Made by a program: the position numbers and the translations under genes
The notes under the pieces: model-generated
What the model saw: only the letters and a program-made list of their open reading frames with translations
Told to the model about the DNA's origin: nothing
The model's database searches: none
Shown: in pieces, positions 1 through 12,489 of the stretch
How the letters are laid out: every line of letters starts with the position of its first letter
Numbering within the stretch: the stretch's first letter is position 1
Assembly (NCBI RefSeq): GCF_036588685.1
Contig: NC_086381.1
Span: forward strand, 66,402,001-66,466,000
DNA from: Mytilus trossulus
Taxonomy: Eukaryota
Length of the DNA stretch: 64,000 nt
Direction: 5' to 3'

Positions 1-1279
1 CCTAAGAAACTCATATTTTCCCAAGAGCTCATATGCATTGTATTAAATACCTCAATTATATATTGTGTTGTGGCGTAATTAAGAGCATGTGTTTGATACA
101 GATTTTGGCAATCCTGACTGATAGCAACACCATCAAGGATGGCAAACACAGAAAAAATACCATTTAGTGTACGAAACATTTCAAAATATAGGTGTACTAC
201 CAAGAATATGATTAATACATGAAATCGAAATCATATATATAAAGCTTCCCCTCAATTCTCTTTTTTTTTGGTAAATTGAAATGTAATACATGTATATGGG
301 ATAGATGTCTAAAGTACAGGAAATTATCAAATTAGCAAAGCAGCAATACAACAAAGCAGTAAACAATTTGAACAATAGGATAAACTCCGTATTCAATAAA
401 TTTAAGTTTGAGTGATAATATCATGTGTTACGCTATCGTACCTTGTTGCGATTCTGGTTCTTTCTGCGTGTTCTGTTTAATGTTTGGAAGCTAAGGAAAG
501 CATTGTTTAAAATTAAGCATACACAGTGGTTATCATACTCGGTTCTTCTAATGCATTTGAATAGATGACTTATAACATGTATAAAAAAGAGGAAACAAAA
601 CAATGTCAAATTCGTTTTATATTTGTATTTTAAAAACATTGGTCATTTTGTTATGCAATTTAAATTTCCTTCGAAGTTTTCATATTTTATCGATCGGAAA
701 TAGTTTGTTTTAAAATGCAGCATTGGTTAAATGAATTTCGTGAAAGAAACATGCTGTTGGGATTTTTTTGGCTTATTATCACTCCATATTTTCTTTATTT
801 TAGAAGTTGCGTTGTGCCATCTTATTAAATACGTGTTAGAATGTAAAACGTTTATACAACACTAAGAACACGCGCATTTGCAATATATTATGGTATACAG
901 TATGCTGATGTGAATGAATTCTGTTGGCATGTTAAAGTGGTATTCTTGTATTTCCAAACGAATCAGTTAACCATGTTAACTGTATTAAAAAAAGAAAAAG
1001 AAACAAACAGGTAAATGTTTAGTTTGCGCAAAATTATTTTTTACCTGATTTTCATTTTCATAACAAGCCGTATGTCATGCAACTGTTTAAAAAACTCATC
1101 GGTCAGAGCTAAGGACAGATTGTGTTTTACTCGCCTTTGACTTTTTAGTCATCTTAATGTGGTGTATATATGTGCCTTATATTTGTGCTGCGTTGCTTCG
1201 ATGCCGTTATAGTAATTTTTGGCTCTTTTGATACATTTTGATAGACCCTGCTTTGATTCATCATTCATTATTCCATTGT

Positions 1280-1447
1280 TCAACATGTTGAAATAATCAA
1301 ATTGGCAAGTAGAAGCTGAAGAAATATATTTTTTAATTGGGTCTCACAAATATTTATTGTGTTTTTCACAGTCAGTGTAATGACAATAAGAAGGAAAACA
1401 TTCGTTTTCTCTTTTATTTTTGACAACATATAAATACCTTTTCTTGT
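1280..1447 (-). CDS. chs: Candidate terminal exon of chitin synthase (TRKGIYML...IISTC*)
   Basis: tataaag acceptor gives a phase-0 open frame of 55 codons. The region is conserved in the inverted duplicate but no CHS motif is recognisable. Confidence 0.35.
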   Translation of the reverse strand, partial: TRKGIYMLSKIKEKTNVFLLIVITLTVKNTINICETQLKNIFLQLLLANLIISTC

Positions 1448-1894
1448 CTTTATATTTAAAAATAGTTTCACATTATGTAAAAAAAAATTCAGAAATGATA
1501 TCTTGCAATAGGTCACACATAACCCATCGAACAATTATGACAAACGTACTGTCAGTAATTAAAAAAACCCCACACATGGTACTACCTGTCTTTTATTCAT
1601 CGGATAGAAATGTCATCATCTACGTCATTTATTGACTAGTGGAAAGCTGTTTTTATCCTTCAACCTTATTATGCTTTTGTCCAACGTAAGGAGCATGTAA
1701 TTTAGTGACTGTGATTGGTTGCTGTATTATAATGTTATCATTTAAGCTGATATCAATTTATCTAGTTTGTATTGTTCTCACGTTCTCATGAATGGTCATG
1801 TATTGCCTTATATAGATCTTTATGCATTATTTTTTATTGCTTACTATCTTAGAAGACTAAAGTTGCTTTTATCAACTGAATTTGGTACCTATCA

Positions 1895-2216
1895 GATATG
1901 TTCCTTACGTCGTAACTACAATTCACTCCCCTTTCATGAATGTGACCTCCCGAATTAGACTATTTACCGGATTTGTTATCACATAAGCAACACGACGGGT
2001 GCCACCTGTTAAGCAGGATCTGCTTACCCTTCTGGAGCATCTGAGATCACCCCTAGTTTTTGTGGGGTTCTTGTTGCTTATTATTTTGTTTTCTATGTTG
2101 TGTCATGTGTAATATTGTTTGACTGTTTGTCTTTTTTTCATTTTTAGCCATGGCGTTGTCAGTTTATTTTTGATCTATGAGTTTGACTGTTCCTCTGGTA
2201 TCTTCGTCCCTCTTTT
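1895..2216 (+). mobile_element. Penelope-like element 3' fragment (related copies at ~5860-6093, ~7530-7640, ~61185-61517)
   Basis: Near-identical interspersed copies; absent from the duplicate at ~14.9 kb. The Penelope assignment is recalled from family knowledge, not searched. Confidence 0.6.
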
Positions 2217-2326
2217 GTAAAATAGTGGCCTTATTGACAATCATACAACATATTCTTATTTTTTTTTTCGGACAAAATAACTTTGAAATATGTTACATAT
2301 TTATATTTCATCAAACAGTCACTTAC

Positions 2327-2538
2327 CTTATCACGTGTACCCCATGATTGATCCACAATGTTACAGATTGCGTAGAGGGGTAATAAAATATACATAAATG
2401 GAATAAAAAACAAGTATACAGGACCAGTAAGCAATATCCATGCATCCCATGGGTATAAAACAGCTCCATATATGTAACTTCCAAATACAATTGCAACTGA
2501 CAAGCCTTCTGCATGTTCAAAATGTCCATTGTAATAAC
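2327..2538 (-). CDS. chs: Chitin synthase exon ending in SWGTRDK
   Basis: YAICNIVDQSWGTR motif; aaatag acceptor, gtaagt donor; phases 1/0. Confidence 0.92.
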
Positions 2539-4076
2539 CTATTTGTAGAGGAGATACTAAGTAATTGTAAACATTTACATATACATACACTATGCATGTG
2601 AGGGTTCTTTTAACATACATGTACAAAACGTTTTTTTTTTACAAAATATGTATGTCTGCTCTATTGAATTCTGTATACATGTAACCCTTGCCTGTGCCCA
2701 GTCAAGCACCTCGTTATTGCTCTATGATTATTTTTGTATTCTTGTAAATCATGTTTGCTAATATGCTTTGTCTATATGCCTTTTTTTTGTTTCTTTGTTA
2801 CATAACACGTGACCCTGTACTTATACATCCCGTCACTTTCTTATTTTCAATGATAATGTTTGTAATGTTTTATTTCATTTGTGATAATATGCTTTGTAAA
2901 TATCCCTTTTTCTGTTTCTTTGTATGACGTATGACGTGGCTCTGTACTTAAACATCCCGTCATTGTGTTATTGTTTCAATGTTTGTTTACATATTTGAGT
3001 GGTTTTATAGATTTAAATGACCAATTAATTGCCCCATAGGGTACAGCGATAGCCTTTATCGAGATACATACTTTAGAAAATTCATTAATTTAACAAAAAC
3101 TTGCTAGAATTAAAAACAAGTTATTAGAACAATATTTTTTCGTCCAAAAAATATAGGTTCGCGTTGATTTTCTTTGGCTCATTTGTACTTATCTCTCCAT
3201 GTTGCACTTAAACATACGTGTCATATCCTAGCGATCAAAATACATCTCAGTTCCGCTTGGGTTAAGAAAGTAATCTATTTGGCCTTTGGTACAATGCAGA
3301 ATGCATGAAGTCTTTAATAACAAACATACCGGGCACTCATATTAACCAATGAAGATAAGCTATAGCAGCCTTAATTCTGAAAACCATGTTATGCTCATTA
3401 AATGGCTGCGCCCATAAGTTCAATTGGTTTATTGTAACCTATAGTGATTTAGATAATAACGCAATGTGGACTGCTGTACTCCTATTTTTCATTTTTACCT
3501 ATTATTACTGTTTGCATCGTTGTCAATATAATAGATTTTTATGCGACTGTCATTCAACGTAGATGTTTAGCTAGCTATAAAACCAGGTTTAATCCACCAT
3601 TTTCCTCCTAAGAAAATGCCTGTTACATTTCAGGAATATGACAGTTGTTGTACATTAGTTTGATGTGTTTGAGCATTTGATTAGGAACTTTCCGTTTTGA
3701 ATTTTCTCGGAATACTGTATTTTTGTCATTTGACTTTTTATATATATCAATAGGGTCCTAATTATAATATTGGAGCAAATCATATATCGACTATATTTAG
3801 CTATTTAATGTCAGAAATTACATAAATAAAAATATCTGAAAACAAAAAAAAAACAAAACAAATGACCTTCAGCTCAACCAACGACAACATAAGCGTGATT
3901 GATAAAATGCATTATACATTACATAATATTATATCGTTGCGAAAGTGGTTAAGAAACATAACGATGAACCTGTTTGCATTTAACTTTTTTAAGGTTTCAT
4001 ATACCCCCAATACTCTTTCAAAACTACAGATGCATTCACATAATTGTATATAACAAAACGATACCACGCTACCTAC

Positions 4077-4559
4077 CATATGCCAAGTCTTTAAAGACAA
4101 TAACAGATATGTAGACTGTTCCTGCTCCGAAGATAATTATTAACATTTTTGTGATAACTAACTGTATTGTTGAAGGAACTCGGCTGAGTAGCATCAAGCA
4201 GTAGACAAGCACTATTGCAACGATCACAGGAGCTACAATGATAAGAGGGGCACCAGTTGCCAACTCTAAACCATAGCACAGTGTTACAATTGTAATTCCC
4301 GGATATAAAAGCTTTGTAAGAAATAGTTGCAATAAGTAGAGGACGAACAAAACGGAAAAAGCATCGTTTGTGGAAACCAAGGTTCTTAGCTGTCGAATAA
4401 CCAATACAGCATTTGCATAATCTGATAGTATCCATCTACGGCGTTGTTTCATAAACTCAGTCATATCTTCCGGACAAAACGTAGTATTTGTAGCCGTACT
4501 ACAATATCTTAATTTCCATCCCTTCAACATCATCAATGTACACATCCATCTGTCTTCCC
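4077..4559 (-). CDS. chs: Chitin synthase exon with catalytic GEDRW and QRRRW motifs and following TM helices
   Basis: GEDRWMCTLM and FMKQRRRWILS; acag acceptor, gtaggt donor; phases 1/1. Confidence 0.95.
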
Positions 4560-4664
4560 CTGTATATATAATTTCAATAAATATAACAAAAACCACAATT
4601 CAATGTTGATACCGACAAATTCAAACGTTAAAGGTCCATAAAAACTGACATTATCAAACGCTAT

Positions 4665-4780
4665 CAATAACAGATATGTACTCTGTTCCTTTGCCAAAGA
4701 AAATGAATAACATATTTTTCTAAATAACTTTTGCTGACGGCACTCGGCTGGGTAACATCAACCAGTATCCAAGCACTATT
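4665..4780 (-). repeat. Degenerate intronic copy of part of the GEDRW/QRRRW exon (4098-4217)
   Basis: caataacagatatgta...actcggctg.gta.catcaa.cagta...aagcactatt is shared between the two sites. Confidence 0.75.
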
Positions 4781-5646
4781 TCAATCAATGAAACTATTAA
4801 AACCAACTTCCATACTCCTTACTTGGTACAGGCGTTTTGTGAAGAAAAAGGGAAAGGAGTTACTTTGTTTTATAGTAAGCTAAAACTTACGCTTGTGTGC
4901 TCCGTTGCTTTTAGTTTGGTAATTTAGTAAAAAACAGAAACACACATTATAGGTTGATGTGACATTAATTGGGATCCATGAGTTTACACGTTGTAATTAC
5001 ACATCATATACAAACTTCGCAATTGTTTAATAAGAGAAAGACAAACATAAACATTAATCTAGCAAAAACCACAGCAGAAAATGTGTAGTAAACACCGTTT
5101 CGTCTACAACAGACTGAACGGTGAATTATAAAGAATTGAAGTTGTGTTGTCTATTTACAGTTCGGTTTGTATTGGCCAACAGTACTTTAATATTGTTATT
5201 CACAAAGATTTTTTTTTATCTATGAGAAGTATTCAGGCAATTTTGTTTATTTCCAAAATTAAAAGAAAGAAAACTCTGGACATGCTGTTAGTATATTATC
5301 ATATCTCATAATTCATTAATTATTGATATATTTCATGTAAAATGCAACTGTTTTCTATCTCATAGATTGCGGTTGCAAACCATTCAATGTTGACGACAAC
5401 ATTATTTACACTTTTTGTCATTGTCCTAATGCTTACATAGAAAGAGCAAAATATGGAACCATTGATGATTTAAACCTTGTTTTAACCAAATTTACTGTCT
5501 GGGTGATATGAGTATAAAATAATGAAGCATTAGAACATCGACAGCAGATGATTTTAACATTGATTAGTTAGCGTAAACATGATGTTTTATAGTCACTGAT
5601 ACTTTTATAGAAAAAGAATTTTCCAGAATAAATATATTTTTTTTAC

Positions 5647-5802
5647 CGTTGTCTTTTGTAAAGACATCTTCCATGTTTCCTACTGGTACCGAATATTCTG
5701 CAACAACGTCCCTAATAGCTTCCAATTTGAACATACTAAAACAGCCGGGGCAACACATAACTGAACCAATAATATTCTGTGCACTCTTATTCATCCATAA
5801 AT
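5647..5802 (-). CDS. chs: Chitin synthase exon (DLWMNKSAQNIIGSVMCCPGCFSMFK...KDN)
   Basis: Equivalent to the conserved G.VLC.PGCFS motif; phases 1/1. Confidence 0.92.
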
Positions 5803-7676
5803 CTTAAAGTACAATATTTCGAAATATAATATCATATTAAATAGAACTTTTTTGATGACATGAGGAACATGACGGGTGCCACATATGGAGAAATATCTGT
5901 TTATCCTTCCAGAGTACCTGAGATCACTCCCAGTTTTTGGTGGGGTTCGTGTTGATTTTTGTTTAGTTTTCTATGTTGTGTATTGTGTTTTATGATTTGT
6001 CTGCTTGTCTTTTTCTTTTTTAGCCATGGCATTGTCAGGTTATTTTCGATCTACGAGATTGACTGTCGCTCTAGTATTTTTCGAACCTCTTTTGTTGATA
6101 GCTCTTGGTTTATTTGTTCATGGTTTTGATTTCTATTGAATTATGGATGACTTATCAGCTCTTTAACATCTCAAATATGATTTAGATTTCAATTGCTTTG
6201 GTTTCTAGCAGCGCTGAATAGAAATCATTGCCCAAGTCATTTAAAGTTTGTACTGTTGATGGTCAGTAAATGCATTAATTTCGTTATCACATTGGAACTG
6301 TTTCGCTATTGACTGTACATGTTCCCTGTAGCTTTTTTATATTCCCAATAAAAAATTCATTGGTACATTCTTCAACTTATGTTTTGAACTTTCTAATATG
6401 AATGTGTTGCCCTTTTGCACAGTAGTAAGTCCAGTAAGACCACTTTTTGGTCCCGACATATAGCAGTTTTACAAACTAATTTAAAATGTAAACTTTTAGC
6501 TAATTATTGGAAAGAAGAATACTTCTGTTACATAAATATGCGCTGTTTTTGACAATACAATGCTCATGGTATCGGGTACTATCATCATATAATATAAAAT
6601 TTCAATCCTGGTATTTATTCTAAAATAATTGTCCAAAATCTATCATCAGATGAACCTGAAACTTAAATGCCAAAATCAGAACTTCCCTTGCTCTTTGATG
6701 TTTTATTTTAAGTTGAAAAAAAAATGCTTGCAAGGGAGATTGCTCATTACAACTCTAATGATGCCAACCTTGAAATTTAAAGGTGCTTATGTTTGCTATT
6801 TGTTATAACCTTATTGTTATGATTCTTAAACAAACAATCAAAAATGAATAATTAAGCTCACTGAAATGTCAGAATTGTAAATTTTAAGTAAAAGTCTAAA
6901 ATGATGTCAGAAGCGACTTTAAGCATGGTCTCATAGAACTGATTTTTTTAAAAAGTTTATTTTTATATTTGTTTCATAGTTAAATTTTATAACAAACATT
7001 TTGACATTTGTCTTTTTTTATAATTTATATTCAAAACAACTCTATTTTATCAGTATTTGAATTAAATTAATTTGATAAATGCTTTTTTATTGAAGTATAT
7101 ACAAAAGGAGATAATTCAAAATCGCTTTTTTTTAAAAAATTATTCTAACCTGAGTAGAAGTGATGAAAATAACTATGCTCAAGACATAAATGGAAAACCT
7201 TCCTGTTTAAGTACATCTATTAATTATCTTATATATTATTTTTATTTTGAAATTTTTTGTATATTATAATTTTGATTGAAAGATTTGGTAAAAACAATAC
7301 GTTCAGGAAATGTAACATTTTAGGAACCGGACATTACAGTCGAAATGAAATTAAGTAATCTGTTTTCGAATATCAATCATCGATTGAGATTTATCACATT
7401 GTTAATAGTTTTTTGTGTATTTAGTAAATGAGAAATGCAGTTGAGAAAGGGAAATCGATTTCTAAATATCAACAGAAAATTTTTCGACATTACAAATAAT
7501 GTCAATGAGCCAATCACTCGGTTTACAAAAAACTACTTTATTGTTTTTCTGTTTGTGTTTTTCATTTTTAGCCATGGCGTTGTCAGTTTGTTTTAGATTT
7601 ACGAGTTTGACTGTCCCTTTGGTATCTTTCGTCCCCCTTTTATTGAGAATTATTCCTGTTTCTGCACATGTTTTAC

Positions 7677-9324
7677 CTTTAGCATATTCGAACATCTGCA
7701 GCCAGACAATTGGAGGATACTGAATTCCTGTAGGATATGTTCGACCACAGACAGCCCCAACAGTCCGGTCTGATTCACACATGAGTAAAACTTTCAATAT
7801 ACTTGTATCCGTAAACGTCATATCAGCATCAGTTGCAAGGATGTAATTATCATAACCAAATTTATCCTGTTCGTGGTGCAATTGTTGTGAGTCTTTTATG
7901 GTGTGAATGATGTTAAATGATTCATTTCTATCTAAACACTTTTCATTTTTGCTCGTATTGGCTACAGATTTTTCTGTCGATTCTGTGTCAACACTATAAA
8001 TCTCATTTTGTTTTACTAACGGCTTACAATAATTATCTAGAAGTGTAAAATCATGTTGCGCGGTTTCGTATAACTCTTCAGGCGAGATCAATGTATCTAT
8101 AGAAAGTAAAGTTTCGTAAGGTGATCTCATTGGGAAATTGTCAGAGTACCTCCAAAAGTTAGACGTACGATAGTTTAAGATATACTCCATATACATTATT
8201 TGACTCCAACGCTTTTTCGCCTTGACCTTAGAAACATCTTTCAAGTGAACAAACAATGGGGTTGTTTTGTTTACTTCCCAGGAAAACTGTATTCCGTATG
8301 GCGTAAATAGCATGACTCCTTGGTTATTGTTTGTTATAAATTGGTTTTCAATTAAGCTCATTAACTGAAGACCAAACTGCTTTATAGTTTGTCCATCAGC
8401 ACCATTATCTAAGAATATATGAGATTCAAAAACAATATGCTCTCTTTTCAAAAGGTTTGAATCTGAAATATTTCGTATACTAGCCAGTAATTTGTCCATT
8501 TCTAGTGATGATTCCTGATGCATTGTAGTACAGACAAAGATTCGTCTTTTGTTGTCAGTCGACTTATTGCATGTTGGTGTCTCCATTGTATTGAAAGTTC
8601 TACTGATTAAATGTTGCAATATCAAAACGGCTTCATACATACTACAATTATTACACTGTATAGTTCTATCATTCAATATAATATCCAATAACAACGGAAC
8701 AATTAATAGTCCTGCGAGAGTTCCATAGAATGCAGTATTATCTGCTCCCACTTTAATTCCTTGAGAAAGTGTACCGATACTACAAGCCCATGTAATGTGA
8801 GATACATGTATTACTGACGAACACATAAATACTAGTATGCATGATACTATGATAGACGACACATACATCGGTAAATGAACAATACATCTATCAGATTTAG
8901 AATTAACATTGAAAAACTTAACGTACTGACAAAGACACGAGCTAAGTAAGATTGAAGCACAAAAGTAAAGACTTTTAGCGTTCGGTAAAAATAAAGTCTC
9001 AAAAAATAATCTCAATGATAATAATTCGTTTGTATCACTTTTTTGTTTCAGAATGTAAAGCAAAAACACACAGGTAAGCATCTTCAAAATGATATACAAT
9101 ATAGCGGAATTCTGAGTTCCTCTGTTATCTGTTGTATGAATACGTCTTTGTATGATCGGAGAAATAATTATTGATATCATCACCAGAAAGAGACACGTGA
9201 TGCCAGCTTCTTCTACCGACATTCTGTTTGTTATCACCAGCAATACAAAACAATAAATGACACAGCTTATGAAAACTAAAACCAACAGATGCTGTATGTA
9301 ACGACAACAGCTTGTAATGGTCTT
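7677..9324 (-). CDS. chs: Chitin synthase large exon: TM helices and first half of the GT2 catalytic domain
   Basis: Motifs CTTMHQE, HIFLDNG, HLKD..K.K.KKRWSQIMYM, YILATDAD, GAVCGR and QMFEYAK match metazoan chitin synthase consensus. tttcag acceptor; G|gtaaaa donor (phase 1). Confidence 0.92.
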
Positions 9325-9887
9325 CTGAAACAAAACAATATCAATCAATACTTTAGTATTTGAAACCGTAATACAGCAATAAAATATAGAAACTGACATC
9401 AAAACTAGTAATAAACTCTAGCTACTGAATCTTTCAAAGAATTATTTTTTATCAGTTCTGAACACTTTACAATCAATCAATCATCAACCTCATCTTTCTT
9501 TTGTGTATCTTAGATTTTGGTCTTCTGTCGTGTTTTTCTTTACTAATGGCAGTTTTCATATTGTAGGTCTTATTCTGGAAAAGAGTAGTTATATAAACTA
9601 TGTAAACACGCGAAGAGCTACATGTGTGTATGATCGAAATGGCACAGAGAGATATATTTACTCTTCCAAAAAAAGATTTGTTTCATATGTAATACTTGCT
9701 AAAAAAACATTCCATTTGTCATATTGTGCATACAACAAAACACTGTCAAAAATAATAAAACTAGTCTAAGATAACTGAAAAACGGGACAGAATCTAATAC
9801 AGTTATGTAAATTAATTACATTATATTTAAACTGTTGATAATGTTATCATACATGTTATAAAATGTTATTAAATGAAGTGAACCTAC

Positions 9888-10022
9888 CATTCCAGTGGTA
9901 CACATGGAAATGATCAATCCTGAGTGTAACACACCTAACAACAGAAATCCTGGTATTTTCCACAGATATCTCAAAAACAAGCTTGTCTGCATGTAACTCT
10001 CAGCAATGGATAATATAACACC
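9888..10022 (-). CDS. chs: Chitin synthase exon (GVILSIAESYMQ...ISMCTTGM), N-terminal TM region
   Basis: ttttaag acceptor, gtaggt donor; 135 nt, open, phase 0/0, hydrophobic. Confidence 0.7.
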
Positions 10023-11068
10023 CTTAAAACATTAACCTTTGGAATTATAAACAAACTTCTGAATATTATAACCAATTATGTTTATTTGTAACTTGTGCCA
10101 ATTAGTTGTAAGTGGATATCAGTCTCAAACAATTATTTGATCTAGGACTCACCTGACAAGACTAAGCATACCATTTGATTATCCCTTTTTTCATTCTTCA
10201 TGATTCAGTATGTTATTATTGTGTACTAACTACTTAGCAGTCACAATATCAATTTAACAGATTTGAATTCACCGCAAGCGACTTGTATGAACAACACTGA
10301 ATGTATCGTAGTCGGAAAATTGTCTTTATATATCCAACAAAAGACCCTAAATCTAGGTAATACATTGATAAGTTCCCTAAATGGAATGTATTTAGAGACT
10401 TCTAATATTTAATACATTGCTCAATAAATTAGATATACAATAACCCATTTTTTCAAACTGCTGAATGATATGTCTCATTTTAAATAAGTTGAAAATATAA
10501 TGCTCCATGTTAGAAAACATTCAGAATCAGGTGTGTCAATATTGAATATTCAATATGCCACGGCAGCAAAATTCTTCTTTATTCCATTGAACGCATAGTC
10601 AAAAGTATGGGTATCTTGCAATTGATAATAGCTAAATCTACATGTACATTATCTTATTTATATACTTGAAAAGTGTATAAAGGAGCCTCGGTTAAAGAGT
10701 GGTCTTTGTAGTTGATTAGCATGTATTTTCAAACTAAACAAGTGGCAAGTTCCGATCAACTTTGATCTAAGATAACAAGGATTGCCTGTTGTTGTTATTT
10801 CTGCTGTTTTCGCCAAAAAAATCTAACACTCAAACAATCAGCCAATCAATTAATTCAATAAAATACAGGACGGTGAAAATTGACATCCTACTTGAAGCAG
10901 TTTTTTCAGCATACTGATTTTTATTTAAAAAAAGAAACAAAAATAATATAGTCGAATGCGCAAATTTTAACGGGTAAAAAAATTAATTCCTTTTTCAAAT
11001 GATATATATACACTTATGAATATACAAGCAATGAACTATATAGCGGTCATATGAAAATTAAATCTTAC

Positions 11069-11195
11069 CAATAAAAGTGATTGCTTGTTTGGCCACTCCT
11101 TCCATTTCTGGCCTGTTGAAAACGAAGATGTCCATACTTTCGATACAAAAGAGGCAAAATATGGAAACAGAACGATTAACAGAGTAACCGATCTC
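11069..11195 (-). CDS. chs: Chitin synthase exon (RSVTLLIVLFPYFASFVSKVW...QSLLL), N-terminal TM region
   Basis: tttgcag acceptor, gtaaga donor; phases 2/0 fit both neighbouring exons. Confidence 0.7.
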
Positions 11196-11454
11196 CTGCA
11201 AATATATATATAAATATAATAATCATAGTAGCAGTGCAAAAACAATAATAAGCTTTAATTTACAATAGTACATTTTCGTAATTATTGACGGTTAACACTC
11301 ACAATGTGATACAACATTATTATATCGACTGTGAAACCATAATATTTGATTTATAAATATCCTTAGGGATATTTGTTTACCTAATTTGAGTTTTACCAAC
11401 AATAACTTTCCTACTTTGTTAGCCCAATTTAATACAATTATTTTTGAAAAAAAG

Positions 11455-12236
11455 TAAAATAATCCTGGTATCTATGATGAGTTGATTTACAACCACTGGG
11501 TCGATGCCACTGCTGGTGGAGATTTATTTCCCCGAGGGTATCAGACGCCCGATAGTCAGCACGTCTGTGTTGACTCATAATTATAAATTTACCGCTCACA
11601 AAATTTTGAAATTTTGCAACACTAAGGCTTTTTTACCTCAGGAATAGATTACTTTAGCTGTATTTGGCTAAACTTTTAGGAATTTTTGGTCCTCAATGTT
11701 CTACAATTTCGTACTTCATTTGACTTTTTAACATTTTTTTATTCGAGCGACACTGATGAGTCTTCTCATGAAGACGAACCGCGCGTCTGTCATAAATATA
11801 AAATTTTAATCCTGGTATCTATGATGAGTTTATTAATAAATAAACCTTGGATTGAAATGAAAATTCCAGACGGAAAGTCCTTTATTATGGTATAATCAAA
11901 GCTCAAACACATCAAACGAATTGAAAACAATTGGCATGTTCCTGGCAGTCAACACTTCGGTTTTGACATGAATATCAATAATGTGGTCATATTTTATAAA
12001 TTTCCCGTGAACAAAAGTTTAAATTTTTCGAAAAACTAAGGATTTTCTTATTCCAGGCAAAGATTTCCTTAGCCGTATTTGGCACAACTTTTTTGGAATT
12101 TTGGATCCTCAATGCTCTTCAACTTTGTAATTGTTTGGCTTTATAAATATTTTGATATGAGCGTCACTGATGAGTCTTATGTAGACGAAACGCGCGTCTG
12201 GCGTACTAAATTATAATCCTGGTACCTTCGATAACT
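11455..12236 (+). mobile_element. Retrozyme-like repeats (two related units) carrying hammerhead motifs
   Basis: aatcctggtatctatgatgagtt repeats at 11461 and 11808 (347 bp apart); hammerhead cores at 11753 (GAAA>GAAC) and 12167. Confidence 0.8.
12161..12204 (+). ncRNA. Type I hammerhead ribozyme (minimal, palindromic stem III)
   Basis: GCGTCA-CTGATGA-GTCT tatgt AGAC-GAAA-CGCGCG-TC-TGGCGT: complete core, stems I and II pair; predicted cleavage after C12198. Confidence 0.85.
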
Positions 12237-12367
12237 ATTAGTACAGATATTCCCTTATATAGAACATGCTTATTGAACATGGTTTTATATTAAAAATGCC
12301 CAACACTGTAGTGTAAACCTAAATTGGTCTTTTTTTTTTTATCTTTATAATAATTTTAGAGCCTTAC

Positions 12368-12489
12368 CATTCGTTGTTTGATTGCAATTCCTTTTGACTA
12401 AATAATAAAACTAAGGATCCCTGGTGAACACAGAAGACAATACAAATCAGGCTGAACAGAATACATTGAAGTAAGATTTTAAAGCTCAT
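12368..12489 (-). CDS. chs: Chitin synthase, first coding exon (MSFKILLQCILFSLICIVFCVHQG...NNE)
   Basis: AG acceptor at 12499-12498, ATG at 12489, GTAAG donor below 12368. Hydrophobic; ends in phase 2, which matches the next exon (TG+G = Trp). Confidence 0.65.

Noticed and set aside
433-1108. Exon-like segments at ~1044-1108 and ~440-570 (minus)
   Set aside because: Could not be joined in phase to the SWGTR exon and show no CHS similarity; left unassigned.
7462-7676. C-terminal part of the 646-aa ORF (RGTKDTKGTVK...) and the overlapping plus ORF 7499-7723
   Set aside because: Read-through into the intron past the donor at 7676; the sequence is an interspersed repeat.
9489-9574. Candidate extra CHS exon (NKTYNMKTAISKEK...)
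   Set aside because: Good acceptor, but 86 nt breaks the frame; the flanking exons already join in phase 0.
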